Shown: positions 49,162-60,078, counted from the first letter of the stretch. The stretch is DNA of 64,000 nt from an uncultured delta proteobacterium (GCA_963798485.1 CAWCTR010000020.1:1-64000); one strand, 5' to 3'. Program-made: numbers and translations. The notes: generated from the letters alone by a model not told the origin.

Positions 49162-50448
49162 CTAAAAGATCTCACTGGTCAGAGTCAACTGATCGCTGTT
49201 GGCTTTGGTCTTGGGCCTGCGGTACCTCCTGCGCCTCTTTTTCTGGATCTTTCCCATGCCATTGCTGAAAGGGAATTTCTCATTAAAGACAGCGGCAAAG
49301 GCACTCCCATCATGAACGATCCGACCCAGCGTAATAAGGGCAAACATCTCGTCCGCGTCTTTATAACTGGCCTTCTTCGCCAGGGACCATCTCATCCTTC
49401 CTGTCTGCATCGCAGACATCATCTGCTCCAGAATCTCCAGGGCATGGACCATATTCGACCTCAATGCCTTTGGAATGACCACGAGCACCTGTGAGCCGGC
49501 ATACTCCTCGGTAAGCAGGTTCATCTTGTCTCTATAATTATGTCCTTTTTTATGAATAATCCGGCAAGCCCAGGGCCAAAAGAACAAACCATATGACACA
49601 ACCTGTGATGGAGGCTCTCCTCTCCTGAGCGCCCCATCGAGAATGTCCAGCAGTCTCAGAAACTCTTCCCTTACCTCTTGGGATTCTTCGACAATTTTTC
49701 CCACCTTACCCAGGATGATGGAAAGCAAGGAGCAGGCTGCCATCTTGCGAATAAAATCTCCGGCAAAACCGGAGGTAAGATCCTTGTTCAACTCTTCGTA
49801 CAACCTGGAGCCGGAGCTCGCGGCCAGGAGATGCCGGTTCGTTTCAATGGCTTTGGCTGTTTCATGTTCAATAGTAAAACCTTGGCGAGAGGCATATCTG
49901 AGAACCCTCCACATCCTCACCGGGTCTTCAGAATATCGCACAGCCGGGTCACCTATGATGCAGACCCTCTTCTGCTTGATATCTTCAAGACCGCCTACAT
50001 AATCGATGATCGAGAAGGTATTGATGTCATAGAACAAGGCATTGATGGTAATATCTCTCCGGAAGGCGTCTTCCTGAGGTGTGCCGAATGTGTTATTGTG
50101 ATCAGACTCGGCCTCCTGGGTTGCCTCCGGCTCTTTCCTGAAGGTGGCTACCTCGATTATCTTGTTACCCTTGAACCGGATGTGAGCCAAGCGGAAGCGT
50201 CTGCCAATGAGAAAGCAGTTGGCAAAAAGCTTTTTTATCTGGCCTGGCCTGGCATCGGTAGCAATATCGAAGTCCTTGGGCTTTTTGCCAAGGAGAAGAT
50301 CACGGACTGCACCGCCTACCATAAATGCCTTGAATCCGTTGCGTGAAAGCCTGTAAAGCACCTTCAATGCATCAGGATCGATCTCTCTGCGGGATATTTG
50401 GTGATAGGCCCTGGGTAGGGTGAACGGCTCTTTACTCTGTCTCTTCAT
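49162..50448 (-). CDS. pcnB: Poly(A) polymerase I
   Basis: VGGAVRDLLLG..PKDFDIAT, the PAP-type IGRRFRLAHI motif, EDAFRRDITINAL, EDPVRM and a basic RRRRYRRP tail. Confidence 0.92.
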   Translation of the reverse strand: MKRQSKEPFTLPRAYHQISRREIDPDALKVLYRLSRNGFKAFMVGGAVRDLLLGKKPKDFDIATDARPGQIKKLFANCFLIGRRFRLAHIRFKGNKIIEVATFRKEPEATQEAESDHNNTFGTPQEDAFRRDITINALFYDINTFSIIDYVGGLEDIKQKRVCIIGDPAVRYSEDPVRMWRVLRYASRQGFTIEHETAKAIETNRHLLAASSGSRLYEELNKDLTSGFAGDFIRKMAACSLLSIILGKVGKIVEESQEVREEFLRLLDILDGALRRGEPPSQVVSYGLFFWPWACRIIHKKGHNYRDKMNLLTEEYAGSQVLVVIPKALRSNMVHALEILEQMMSAMQTGRMRWSLAKKASYKDADEMFALITLGRIVHDGSAFAAVFNEKFPFSNGMGKIQKKRRRRYRRPKTKANSDQLTLTSEIF

Positions 50449-50599
50449 TCTGGTTGTCTTCGTCCGGCCTTCCCTCTATGCGGTATGATTCACTTGCCCA
50501 GCCGATAAGGTCAAGGCCCTTACAGACCCTAGAACAAAACGGCCTGTAAGGGTTCCCATCAAAGGGTACTTCCTGTTTACAGGCAGGGCATCTGACCAT
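50432..50599 (-). CDS. yacG: DNA gyrase inhibitor YacG
   Basis: CPAC...YRPFCSRVCKGLDLIGWASESYRI. Confidence 0.9.
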   Translation of the reverse strand: MVRCPACKQEVPFDGNPYRPFCSRVCKGLDLIGWASESYRIEGRPDEDNQNEETE

Positions 50600-50811
50600 C
50601 CTTTTCACAAGCTTATACTCATTCTCTTTTACCACATAGGGCTCATACTTTATTTTCATATTTAAAGTAAATTGTTTTGATTATTATATTTTACTCTTGA
50701 GTTCCCTACCCATTGTGTGAATTATCGGCAGGATTTTCTTTTAATAATTCCTATTGACTAAAACAATAAAAGAATGATTTGGTAATTACAAGTAAAACAA
50801 CAGAAGATGCA

Positions 50812-51459
50812 ATGCTAAAAAAGATTAGAAGAAAACGCCAGATTTTACGCAACAGAACCGTCATCCTACGGTCTGCCCGAGAGCTCTTCCATAAAAAGGG
50901 TTTCTATGGAACCACCATGGAAGACATCGCCCAGCACTCGGGATTTGACAGAAGGACCATTTATAATCACTTTAAAAACAAGGAAGATGTCTTTGCTGCA
51001 TTGATATCCAGCATCCTGACGGATATTGATGCCGTCTTTAATGACGTATCCGCCGAGATCGGCTCTCCGCTGGATAAACTCAGGGGGCTTGTCTTAAGCC
51101 TTCTGGATCTGTACATCGATAATTCCCAGCTATTAAACATCTTCATGTCTGAATACGAGACGAACGAGATCAAGAAGAGACAACACCTCTCTGTGTACAC
51201 CCTCAAGAATATCAGCGCCTATAAAAAGATCGAGGCACGTCTCGTTGCTATGATTAAAGACGCCCAGGAAGTAAACCTAGTGGTAAATGTCCATCCGTAT
51301 ATACTCGCGGGTATGCTTAATGAGCTGATATTAAGGAGCGTCATTGTCCTGCACAACCAGAAAAACGCCATACGCAAGAAAGATATCATCCACGATATCT
51401 TTGAGCTCCTTGGCAAGAACGTCATGAAGGCGCCTATTATATCCCCTGACAATGAATAG
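50812..51459 (+). CDS. TetR/AcrR family regulator
   Basis: ILRSARELFHKKGF..TTMEDIAQHSGFDRRTIYNHFKNKE. Confidence 0.9.
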   Translation: MLKKIRRKRQILRNRTVILRSARELFHKKGFYGTTMEDIAQHSGFDRRTIYNHFKNKEDVFAALISSILTDIDAVFNDVSAEIGSPLDKLRGLVLSLLDLYIDNSQLLNIFMSEYETNEIKKRQHLSVYTLKNISAYKKIEARLVAMIKDAQEVNLVVNVHPYILAGMLNELILRSVIVLHNQKNAIRKKDIIHDIFELLGKNVMKAPIISPDNE

Positions 51460-51511
51460 ACCTTCTTCTTAATCCCCAATCCGAATACCTAAGTCATCAT
51501 CCCTTGAACAT

Positions 51512-51545
51512 AAAGAGAGGGGTGAGTTAAACCCTCACCCCTCTT
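51512..51545 (-). terminator. Intrinsic terminator after groEL (possibly bidirectional)
   Basis: 11-bp stem agaggggtgag-N7-ctcacccctct, followed by cttta on the minus strand. Confidence 0.75.
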
Positions 51546-51572
51546 CGAGTTTGCTACGTACAAGCCTTTTTG

Positions 51573-53225
51573 TTACATCATGCCGCCCATACCACCCATG
51601 CCGCCCATGCCGCCCATATCGGGCATGCCGGGTGCACCTGATCCCTTTTCATCAGGGATCTCGGCAATCATGACCTCGGTGGTGAGCAACAACCCTGCAA
51701 CTGAAGCTGCATTCTGCAGGGCCGAGCGTGCAACCTTGGTGGGGTCGATGATACCGGCCTTCACCATGTCTTCATATTCCTCGGACTCGGCATTGAATCC
51801 GACATTGCCTTTGAGGCCCTTCACCTTTTCCACCACAATGCCGCCTTCCATGCCTGCGTTCACTGCGATCTGACGAAGAGGCTCTTCCAGGGCCTTCTGA
51901 ATGATCTTTACGCCGAACTGCTGTTCGCCGGGCAGATCAAGCTTGCCCAGCTTCTCGATGCAGCGCAGCAGCGCCACGCCGCCGCCCGCGATAAAACCCT
52001 CTTCCACGGCTGCACGGGTGGCATGGAGTGCGTCTTCTACACGGGCCTTCTTCTCTTTCATCTCAGGCTCGGTAGCGGCTCCCACCTTGATTACTGCGAC
52101 ACCGCCGGCAAGCTTGGCAAGCCTCTCTTGAAGTTTCTCGCGGTCATAATCAGATGACGTTTCTTCGATCTGGGCCTTGATCTGGCTGATCCTTGCCTGG
52201 ATCTGTGCCTTTTTGCCTGCACCCTCAACGATGGTGGAGTTATCTTTGTCGATAATGATCTTCTTGGCAGTTCCCAGGTCGTTCATGGTCACTGACTCGA
52301 GCTTTCTGCCGAGATCTTCCGACACAACCTCGCCGCCGGTAAGAATAGCTATGTCTTCCAGCATGGCCTTACGCCTGTCTCCGAAGCCCGGAGCCTTGAC
52401 AGCGGCGCACTTGAGCGTACCCCTGAGCTTGTTAACCACAAGTGTTGCGAGCGCCTCGCCTTCGATGTCCTCAGAAATGATAAGCAGCGGCTTACCCTTC
52501 TTCGCGATCTGCTCCAGCACAGGGATAATATCCCTCATATTGCTGATCTTCTTATCGTAGATAAGGATCACCGGTGCCTCGAGCACCACTTCCATACGCT
52601 CTGCATCGGTAACGAAGTAGGGTGAGAGGTAACCCCTGTCGAACTGCATGCCTTCCACCAGGTCAAGGGTGGTGTCCATGCTCTTGGCCTCTTCCACGGT
52701 GATGACGCCTTCTTTGCCGACCTTGTCCATTGCATCGGCAATCAGGGCGCCCACTTCATTGTCGCCATTGGCCGAGATGGTTCCGACCTGCTCGATCTCC
52801 TTCTTGTCCTCAACCTTTCTGCTCATCTTCTTGAGTTCTTCAACAATCGCTGAGGTAGCCTTATCGATGCCGCGCTTAAGATCCATGGCGTTCATGCCGC
52901 CTGCCAGATACTTCAGGCCTTCCGTATAGATGGCCTGGGCCAGGACGGTAGCCGTAGTGGTTCCATCTCCTGCTATATCGGAGGTCTTGGAGGCCACTTC
53001 CTTGACCATCTGGGCACCCATATTCTCAAACTTGTCCTTAAGTTCGATCTCCTTGGCCACACTCACGCCGTCTTTTGTGACAAGCGGTGCCCCAAAGGCC
53101 TTATCAAGGATTGCATTGCGGCCCTTGGGGCCGAGAGTAGCCTTGACTGCATTGGCGAGCTTGTTCACGCCGCTTACAATTTTATTCCGTGCTTCCTGAT
53201 TATAGATTATCTCTTTGCCTGCCAT
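51573..53225 (-). CDS. groL: Chaperonin GroEL
   Basis: [19 protein letters not shown] and the GGM tail. Confidence 0.99.
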   Translation of the reverse strand: MAGKEIIYNQEARNKIVSGVNKLANAVKATLGPKGRNAILDKAFGAPLVTKDGVSVAKEIELKDKFENMGAQMVKEVASKTSDIAGDGTTTATVLAQAIYTEGLKYLAGGMNAMDLKRGIDKATSAIVEELKKMSRKVEDKKEIEQVGTISANGDNEVGALIADAMDKVGKEGVITVEEAKSMDTTLDLVEGMQFDRGYLSPYFVTDAERMEVVLEAPVILIYDKKISNMRDIIPVLEQIAKKGKPLLIISEDIEGEALATLVVNKLRGTLKCAAVKAPGFGDRRKAMLEDIAILTGGEVVSEDLGRKLESVTMNDLGTAKKIIIDKDNSTIVEGAGKKAQIQARISQIKAQIEETSSDYDREKLQERLAKLAGGVAVIKVGAATEPEMKEKKARVEDALHATRAAVEEGFIAGGGVALLRCIEKLGKLDLPGEQQFGVKIIQKALEEPLRQIAVNAGMEGGIVVEKVKGLKGNVGFNAESEEYEDMVKAGIIDPTKVARSALQNAASVAGLLLTTEVMIAEIPDEKGSGAPGMPDMGGMGGMGGMGGMM

Positions 53226-53242
53226 TTCATCTTCCTCCTTGC

Positions 53243-53530
53243 CTACTGGATAATCCCGAGGATGTCTTCCTCTCTCATGATGAGCAGTTCCTCACCCTCG
53301 ATCTTGATCTCGTTCCCTGCATACTTAGAGAAGAGCACCCTGTCACCCTTTTTCACATCGAGGGGGATGACTTTCCCATCCTCGGTCTTCTTGCCGCCAC
53401 CAGCGGAGATGACCTCTCCCATCTGGGGTTTTTCTTTTGCCGTATCAGGGATGATAATTCCCCCTTTGGTCTTCTGTTCCTCTTCGATCCTCTTGACGAG
53501 AACTCTGTCGTGCAATGGCTTAATCTTCAT
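53243..53530 (-). CDS. groS: Co-chaperonin GroES
   Basis: [13 protein letters not shown]...[14 protein letters not shown]. Confidence 0.98.
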   Translation of the reverse strand: MKIKPLHDRVLVKRIEEEQKTKGGIIIPDTAKEKPQMGEVISAGGGKKTEDGKVIPLDVKKGDRVLFSKYAGNEIKIEGEELLIMREEDILGIIQ

Positions 53531-53553
53531 TCCTTTCCTCCAGACTCTGATTG

Positions 53554-53580
53554 TTAGCACTCACTATAAATGAGTGCTAA
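53554..53580. promoter_or_regulatory. CIRCE element (HrcA operator)
   Basis: Perfect TTAGCACTC-N9-GAGTGCTAA upstream of groES. Confidence 0.97.
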
Positions 53581-53829
53581 TCTCGTAGCAAGGATTATAG
53601 GTAAGTTCAAGGCTCAAAATTACTTTGTTCCATGAACCATTCATGATTTACAGATACTATACGGTTAAATAATCCATATCCTAAAGATATCAGTAAATTG
53701 CTGCTTCTTTCCCTTAATTACTTACTCAATGATCTTAGACATAAACTCCGGCAAAGGCCGATTTGACAAATAAGCACCCTGTGTGCAAGATGACCGGGTC
53801 CATTAATCAAGAAAAGGGGAATATCAAAG

Positions 53830-54570
53830 ATGAGCCTGCTATCGAAAAAGCTGTTGTTCGGCATGTCTCTGATTATCTTGTCTGTCCTTTTTTATATCCT
53901 GGACTACCTCTTATTCAGTGATGCCCGGGATCTCATCTTTTATACCATCATGGACATTGCATTCCTGTTCATCCAGGTATTGCTCGTTACCATCATTATC
54001 CAGGAACTCCTTGATATAAGAGAAAAACAGGAGCGGATGCAAAAACTCAACACCGTCATTGGGGTCTTTTTCAGCGAGTTCGGGACCGATCTCCTTTCCT
54101 ATTTTTCCGATCTCGACCGCAACCTTGGCACCATCAGAAATGATTTGCTTGTCTCTGTACAGTGGACTGATGAACAATATTCCAACGCCATGAAGCGACT
54201 CGGCAGTTATATATATAAAGTGGAACCCGAAAAGCTCGACCTTGAAAGACTCAAGCAATACCTCCTCGGGAAAAGGGATTTCCTGCTTATCATGATGGAA
54301 AACCCCAATCTCATGGAACATGAGCGCTTCACCGAGCTCCTGCTGTCGGTCTTTCACCTTGTGGAGGAACTCAAGCTGAGAAAAACCATAGAGGAACTCC
54401 CCTGCGAAGACTGCGACCATATAGCAGTCGACATTAACCGTGCATATCAGATGCTTGTCAGGGAATGGATATCCTACATGAAACATCTCAAGGACAACTT
54501 CCCTTACCTTTTCTCACTGGCCATGCGCACAAACCCCTTTGACCAGGATGCATCGGTTATTGTGAGCTGA
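53830..54570 (+). CDS. Hypothetical membrane protein (two N-terminal TMs)
   Basis: Hydrophobic N-terminus; KLNTVIGVFFSEFG, ENPNLMEHERFTELL and YLFSLAMRTNPF look like conserved blocks; family not identified. Confidence 0.7.
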   Translation: MSLLSKKLLFGMSLIILSVLFYILDYLLFSDARDLIFYTIMDIAFLFIQVLLVTIIIQELLDIREKQERMQKLNTVIGVFFSEFGTDLLSYFSDLDRNLGTIRNDLLVSVQWTDEQYSNAMKRLGSYIYKVEPEKLDLERLKQYLLGKRDFLLIMMENPNLMEHERFTELLLSVFHLVEELKLRKTIEELPCEDCDHIAVDINRAYQMLVREWISYMKHLKDNFPYLFSLAMRTNPFDQDASVIVS

Positions 54571-54665
54571 ACTTCAGATGGGGAACCATTGATCATATGA
54601 ATCATATGTGTTATTCCCCCCAAAAGGTATTGAAATGAAGTAGCCGTTTCTTAAGGAATACGGAG

Positions 54666-57600
54666 GTGAACGTGAGCTTTCTTGGTATTGATGTGGGGAG
54701 CTCCTACATTAAACTTTGGTACGAAGATGTCAGCGGTTCTGTCATTACTGCTCGAAACATCCACCACAGGGGATCACCCCAGAGTACTGTAATCAACGAG
54801 TTGTCCTGCCTGAACCCTGAGCCTATGTTTCTCAGTTTCTCAGGCAACCTGGCCGGGCAGGATATTATGGGATGGCACCATGAAGGGCTCCTGTCAGAGA
54901 TTGATTACCTGAGGAAGATGTATCCCAGCAGACAACTGCTCATCTTTGGTGCGGAGAAGATTGAACTCGTTAATTTTGACGAGAGCGGGCACATCCTTTT
55001 TTATCAGACAAACCCTTCATGCGCCGCAGGAACAGGCTCATTCCTTGACGAGCAGATGCTCAGGCTTGGTCTCGACTTCTCTGATCTGCCTCATATCGCT
55101 ATTGACGAAAGTGCCCCCCTTGTGGCCACGAGGTGTGCCGTTTTTGCAAAAACCGACATTATCCATCTTCAGCAGGATGGGCATACTGCATACTCCATAT
55201 ACAACGGGCTGTGTAAAGGCCTGGTGCTGAGCAGCCTTAAAAGCGTGTTCGGCGGCAATCTTCCCAATGGCTCCGGCATCATTGCCACCGGGGGCTTGCT
55301 TGAAAATCTCCATATCCGTCATTATCTCAAGCAGGTCTTCCCCATGATACAGATCGCCCAGGACCCGGCGTTCACCAGGGCGCGCGGCTTAAGCCTTGCT
55401 GCACGGCTTCATGGACAAAACTTCACCGGCTTCATGACTATCCTTAAGGAGCACACCCCGGGCAAGGCCCGTTCTTCAGCCCTTCGGCCACTGAAACTCA
55501 AAAAGAGCGCCTTCCCGGCTACAGAGATGACCCGCCGTACGGATAACTACGGAAATGAGATCTGGCATGACCTGTGTGAAAACGAATCTTTAGAGGTCTT
55601 CCTCGGGGTGGACATAGGGTCCACCTCAACAAAGGCAGTGCTCACTGATACCAAAGGTACTATCAGGTTGGATATCTATACCAAGACTTCAGGCAACCCT
55701 ATCGAGGCAACAAAAAGGATTTTTCAGGGGATATTATCGGTTCAGAAAGACCTTCCGTGCTCCATTGCCATCCATGGTTGCGCAACCACCGGCTCAGGGA
55801 GGAAGCTCATAGGCACCATCATCGGTGCGGACCTCATTGTCAATGAGATCAGCGCCCATGCCAAGGGAGCCCTCACCCTTGATGAAAACGTCAGTACCAT
55901 CTTCGAAATCGGCGGCCAAGACGCAAAATTTATCCGTATTGAGAACGGCCGCATTGTTGATGTAAACATGAACTATGTATGCGCTGCAGGCACCGGATCT
56001 TTCGTGGAGGAACAGGCCAGGACCCTGGACATGAGCCTCGATGAGATCAGCGCCAAGGTAATGGGGGTGATCCCCCTGCCCAATTCCGACCGCTGCACGG
56101 TATTCATGAACCAGGAGATCACCAGACAAATCTCATCAGGATACCCCAAGGACCAGATCATGGCAGGCGTGCTGATGGCAGTGTTCAAGAACTATGTCAG
56201 CAAGGTCGTAGGCAACCGCAACTATAATAAAGATAAAATCGTCTTCCAAGGTGCGACAGCCCGCAACAAGGGACTGGTAGCGGCACTGGAACAAATCACC
56301 AATGCACAAGTCATGGTCTCAGAGTTCTGCCATGTCATGGGTGCTTACGGTGCAGCGCTTCTCACCAAGGGGAAAGGCCTTGGAAAGACATCCTTCAGGG
56401 GTCTTGTTATCCCTGATGTCTCTATTAAGGAGAAGGCGTGCAAGGGGTGTGAGAATACCTGCAGGATCACTTTTGTCAAGGCCGGCACTGAAAAGACGAG
56501 CTGGGGATATATGTGCGGCAGGGAACCTGGTGCACAAAGCGAAGAAAGGAAGATCAACCAGAGCGTTAAAATCAGGGATGACCTCCTCAAGGGCTATAAA
56601 ACCGCACTGCAAAAAGGAACGCACGCCTTTAAAATGCCTGCCCTTGGTTTGTACGAGGAATTCCTTCCCCTGCTCACAGAGGTAGCATCCGCCTGTGACT
56701 TAAGCATTGAGGTGTGCTATCCCGGGAAAAATGAAATCCAAAAAGAGCTTTCTGCAATCGGCTCAGGGGATTTCTGCTATCCCATCAAGGTCGCCATGGC
56801 CTGCGTCAATGTCCTTCTCAAGGAAGATCCTTCGAGCAGGATATTGCTTCCATTCCTCATACAGGACATCAAGGATGATTCTATCCACCCGCGCAGCTAC
56901 TACTGCCCGTTCATCACTACCGTGCCGAGCTTTTTCAAGGACAAAACCCTTTCCTCACGGGTATTCACCCCTGAGATCGACTTAAGCAGAAGCATTCCCT
57001 GGCAGGCACGGCAGATATGGGACTTCCTTAAACGCTCCGGAATTGATGGGATAAACCCGTTCAAGATCATAACCGGGATCAGACGGGGGATGGAGAAACT
57101 GGAACAGCATCGCAGGGAACTGACATCAAAGGCAACCTCGATCCTTGATGATGTCGGGGATGAAAAGGCAATCGTGCTCCTCGGCAGGCCCTATAACCTC
57201 TACCACAGGATACTCAATCTTGGCATACCTGAACTCATCGAGTCTTTAGGGTACCGGGTGATCACCATGGATGCCATCCCGGATGACATCACAAACAAGG
57301 ATATCACAGGCTTATACCCGGATATGTACTGGTATCAGGGACAGAGGTTGCTGAAGAAGGCACTGAGTATCCGCAACATGCCGAATCTCTTCCCGCTCAT
57401 GATATCCAACTTCTCGTGCGGACCTGACTCGTTTATCCTCACCTATTTCGAAGAGATCTGCAGCGATAAGCCATACCTCATCCTCGAACTGGATGAGCAC
57501 GGCTCGGCAACAGGCTACCAGACGCGGATCGAGGCCTTCATCGATATGATCGAGCAGCATAGCGGCTGCAGTATTCAAGCCCCGCATATCTCAAAGTCCG

Positions 57601-58907
57601 CAAGGATACGTTACAGTATTGAAGATATCAGGCACAACACCAAGGTCTGGATACCCCAGATCCACCCGTACATACCCCAACTGTGGTCTGCCATGTTGAA
57701 CCACTACGGCTACGAAACAAACGCCATGGGCGAGGAGACTGCCGCCGAATGCACGGCAGGCAGGGCATTATGCCGCGGGAGCGAGTGCCTGCCGGCAGCG
57801 GTTACTACCGGTAAGTTTCTCTCGGTAATCAAAGACGGCCCGGCAAACTGCCACCAAACCCTGTTCATGCCCCGGGCAGAAGGCCCTTGCAGGTTTGGTC
57901 AGTATGCAACACTCCAGTCCATGATCTTTGACCGGGCAGGGTATAAAAATATCAGCATATTCTCTCCCACTTCAGAGGACGGATATACCTTTCTTACGCC
58001 CAGGATGGAGATGGATATCTGGAAGGCTATCTGCCTGGGTGATGCCTTGTTCAAGCTGCGGTGCCGGGTATTGCCCTATCATAAACACCCGATCATGGCA
58101 GAGGCCCTCATCAAGGAAGTCCTTGATGAAATCTGCGGCCTGATCCGCACAGGCAAAGACTGGAAGGTGGCCCTGTCATCGCTGACAAACACACTCAGCA
58201 TCGATTCGGGACTCGATCAACCGTTAAAACCGCTTGTGGGTATTGTGGGCGAGATCTTTGTTCGGCTCAACAGCTTTTCCAACCAGCACATCGTGGAGAC
58301 CGTGGAGGCCAATGGCGGCGAGGTCTGGTTATCACCCTTTTCGGAATGGATTCATTATGTCCGGGACATCCTTGCCATGAGATCAGGGCCCGTTAAGAAG
58401 CTTGGCACGCGCATTAAGAACCATATCCTCCATAGGGTTGAGAGGGACATCATATCCCTCTTCTCACCGGTGCTCGACCATAGACATGAGCCTTCCATAG
58501 CAGCGGTCATAAGCAAGGCCAAGAGATTCATCCCGCCGACCTTCGAGGGAGAGGCTATCCTCACGATTGGAAGGGCCAAATTGTTTGCTGAACAGGGGGC
58601 AAGCCTTGTGGTGAACTGCTCGCCCTTCAGTTGTATGCCTGGAAGGGTAACTTCGCACCTGTTCCAGACCTACCGGGATTATTTCCAGGTACCGGTGGTG
58701 AACCTGTTCTTCGATGGCACAGGCGATATTTCGAACCAGGTGGGGATCTATCTGAAATCCATAACCCAGGCCTATACAGAAAAGCGCCCTATGCCCTCCA
58801 CAATCTTCCAAAAACCAGGGAAGAAGCCTGCAGCCACTCCGTGGGCAAAGGTTATGGGTGACTCCCTGCAGGAAGATATCTTTGATGATGAATACAGGAG
58901 CAAGTAG
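54666..58907 (+). CDS. Fused acyl-CoA dehydratase activase (2x BcrAD/BadFG ATPase + DUF2229 + HgdB-like)
   Basis: GIDVGS and GVDIGSTSTK; CAAGTGSF twice; EIGGQDAK; CKGCENTC; FSCGPDS; ELDEH; GPCRFGQY. Confidence 0.9.
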   Translation: MNVSFLGIDVGSSYIKLWYEDVSGSVITARNIHHRGSPQSTVINELSCLNPEPMFLSFSGNLAGQDIMGWHHEGLLSEIDYLRKMYPSRQLLIFGAEKIELVNFDESGHILFYQTNPSCAAGTGSFLDEQMLRLGLDFSDLPHIAIDESAPLVATRCAVFAKTDIIHLQQDGHTAYSIYNGLCKGLVLSSLKSVFGGNLPNGSGIIATGGLLENLHIRHYLKQVFPMIQIAQDPAFTRARGLSLAARLHGQNFTGFMTILKEHTPGKARSSALRPLKLKKSAFPATEMTRRTDNYGNEIWHDLCENESLEVFLGVDIGSTSTKAVLTDTKGTIRLDIYTKTSGNPIEATKRIFQGILSVQKDLPCSIAIHGCATTGSGRKLIGTIIGADLIVNEISAHAKGALTLDENVSTIFEIGGQDAKFIRIENGRIVDVNMNYVCAAGTGSFVEEQARTLDMSLDEISAKVMGVIPLPNSDRCTVFMNQEITRQISSGYPKDQIMAGVLMAVFKNYVSKVVGNRNYNKDKIVFQGATARNKGLVAALEQITNAQVMVSEFCHVMGAYGAALLTKGKGLGKTSFRGLVIPDVSIKEKACKGCENTCRITFVKAGTEKTSWGYMCGREPGAQSEERKINQSVKIRDDLLKGYKTALQKGTHAFKMPALGLYEEFLPLLTEVASACDLSIEVCYPGKNEIQKELSAIGSGDFCYPIKVAMACVNVLLKEDPSSRILLPFLIQDIKDDSIHPRSYYCPFITTVPSFFKDKTLSSRVFTPEIDLSRSIPWQARQIWDFLKRSGIDGINPFKIITGIRRGMEKLEQHRRELTSKATSILDDVGDEKAIVLLGRPYNLYHRILNLGIPELIESLGYRVITMDAIPDDITNKDITGLYPDMYWYQGQRLLKKALSIRNMPNLFPLMISNFSCGPDSFILTYFEEICSDKPYLILELDEHGSATGYQTRIEAFIDMIEQHSGCSIQAPHISKSARIRYSIEDIRHNTKVWIPQIHPYIPQLWSAMLNHYGYETNAMGEETAAECTAGRALCRGSECLPAAVTTGKFLSVIKDGPANCHQTLFMPRAEGPCRFGQYATLQSMIFDRAGYKNISIFSPTSEDGYTFLTPRMEMDIWKAICLGDALFKLRCRVLPYHKHPIMAEALIKEVLDEICGLIRTGKDWKVALSSLTNTLSIDSGLDQPLKPLVGIVGEIFVRLNSFSNQHIVETVEANGGEVWLSPFSEWIHYVRDILAMRSGPVKKLGTRIKNHILHRVERDIISLFSPVLDHRHEPSIAAVISKAKRFIPPTFEGEAILTIGRAKLFAEQGASLVVNCSPFSCMPGRVTSHLFQTYRDYFQVPVVNLFFDGTGDISNQVGIYLKSITQAYTEKRPMPSTIFQKPGKKPAATPWAKVMGDSLQEDIFDDEYRSK

Positions 58908-59050
58908 AAGATACAAATAGAAGATAATAATGACCACTACAAAATGGAAAGCGATTATGAAGGCGCAATAAGCAGTTCGCTAACAACACCACCCATACCA
59001 TATCAATAAACAAGGTCCGCCTTATAATTCCTATATCTTTATTAATCTAA

Positions 59051-59073
59051 TGGTCGGGCAGTGGGGATTTGAA
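59051..59073 (-). mobile_element. att-like tRNA-Pro 3'-end fragment, copy 1 (left edge of accessory region)
   Basis: tggtcgggcagtggggatttgaa is the reverse complement of T-loop + 3' acceptor + CCA; followed by cgtgagaa/cgtgaaag direct repeats 11 bp apart (59116, 59127). Confidence 0.7.
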
Positions 59074-59238
59074 ACACGAAACCGTATTGTATCTAAGCCA
59101 CTCCACAGGCCGCTGCGTGAGAATCACGTGAAAGTTGAAAATTAGTTGGCTGAGAAAATTCTTGAATACCCCCTCCCCTGACAATAATATGCTGATACAA
59201 TAAATACGTTATTATTGAGATTGACTCTTTCTCCGATA

Positions 59239-59256
59239 TGATATACGTGTATAGCA
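59239..59256. promoter_or_regulatory. Probable TA autorepression operator
   Basis: Palindrome TGATATAC-GT-GTATAGCA overlapping a ttgaga-N16-tatgat promoter. Confidence 0.55.
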
Positions 59257-59271
59257 TAAGGGAGAGAACCT

Positions 59272-59496
59272 ATGCTTGCTATCCGACTTCCCGCAGAAAT
59301 TGAAGACCGACTTGAAGCCCTGGCAAAAGCCACCGGACGGACTAAGACCTATTATGCCAGAGAGGCAATTCTTGAGTATATTGACGACCTGGAAGATGTC
59401 TACCTTGCCGAGAAACGGCTGGAAGATATCCGAGCAGGCCGAACAAAGACCGTTCCGCTCGAAAAGATCATGAAACGCCATGGCATGGAAGGTTGA
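59272..59496 (+). CDS. RHH antitoxin (RelB/StbD/DUF6290-like)
   Basis: MLAIRLPAEIEDRLEALAKATGRTKTYYAREAILEYIDDLEDVYLA; overlaps the toxin gene. Confidence 0.9.
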   Translation: MLAIRLPAEIEDRLEALAKATGRTKTYYAREAILEYIDDLEDVYLAEKRLEDIRAGRTKTVPLEKIMKRHGMEG

Positions 59497-59752
59497 GCTT
59501 GACCCCGCAACAGTGCGGGATTTAGACCGCCTTGATAAGCAAGTTGCCCGACGCATCCTCAGTTTCTTATATGAAAGGGTTGCTCAACTGGACGATCCAC
59601 GCAGCATCGGCCAAGCGTTGCAGGGTTCCAAATTTGGAGAGTTCTGGAAGTATCGCGTGGGTGACTGGCGAATAATCTGTAAGATAGAAGATAAACGAAT
59701 AATTGTGTTAGTTCTCCGTATTAGACATAGAAGTAAGGTATACAGGCCCTAG
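59480..59752 (+). CDS. RelE/StbE family toxin
   Basis: DPRSIGQALQG..FWKYRVGDWRIIC...VLRIRHRSKVY. Confidence 0.92.
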   Translation: MAWKVELDPATVRDLDRLDKQVARRILSFLYERVAQLDDPRSIGQALQGSKFGEFWKYRVGDWRIICKIEDKRIIVLVLRIRHRSKVYRP

Positions 59753-59785
59753 AAAATCCAGGTCACCATGGAATCGATAGTAAAC

Positions 59786-59890
59786 TGGCCGGGAAGCGGG
59801 GATTTGAAGACTATTCCCTTGATTATAAACCGTCATCAGGCCTAATTCTACAGACTCGTACAGGATTTATGTCCGAGACTTGTCCGAGTC
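59786..59890 (-). mobile_element. att-like unit, copy 2: tRNA-Pro 3' fragment plus arm-type repeats
   Basis: tggccgggaagcggggatttgaa plus 82 bp; ungapped 87/105 match to 61331-61435 (counted by hand). Confidence 0.8.
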
Positions 59891-60078
59891 AAAATCATGA
59901 GATATTAAGTTCATTATTGAGAGTAAATTAATAATGATCCGTCATGACTCCTTATCGAATATCATGGTGACTTCATAAGTGCCGTAGCTTGATGTCATGC
60001 ATGTTGTTTATAGTTGTAGTGATTCGAATAAATTAGATTTATCTTGCATCCTTGCAATTTGGAAGGTAGTATTCCAAT

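Noticed and set aside
51576-51630. ccgcccat tandem repeats
   Set aside because: Ordinary GroEL Gly-Gly-Met tail.
53745-53805. ggcaaa...gcaa...gggtc resembling a c-di-GMP-I riboswitch
   Set aside because: No GNRA-capped P2 stem or convincing P1/P3 pairing.
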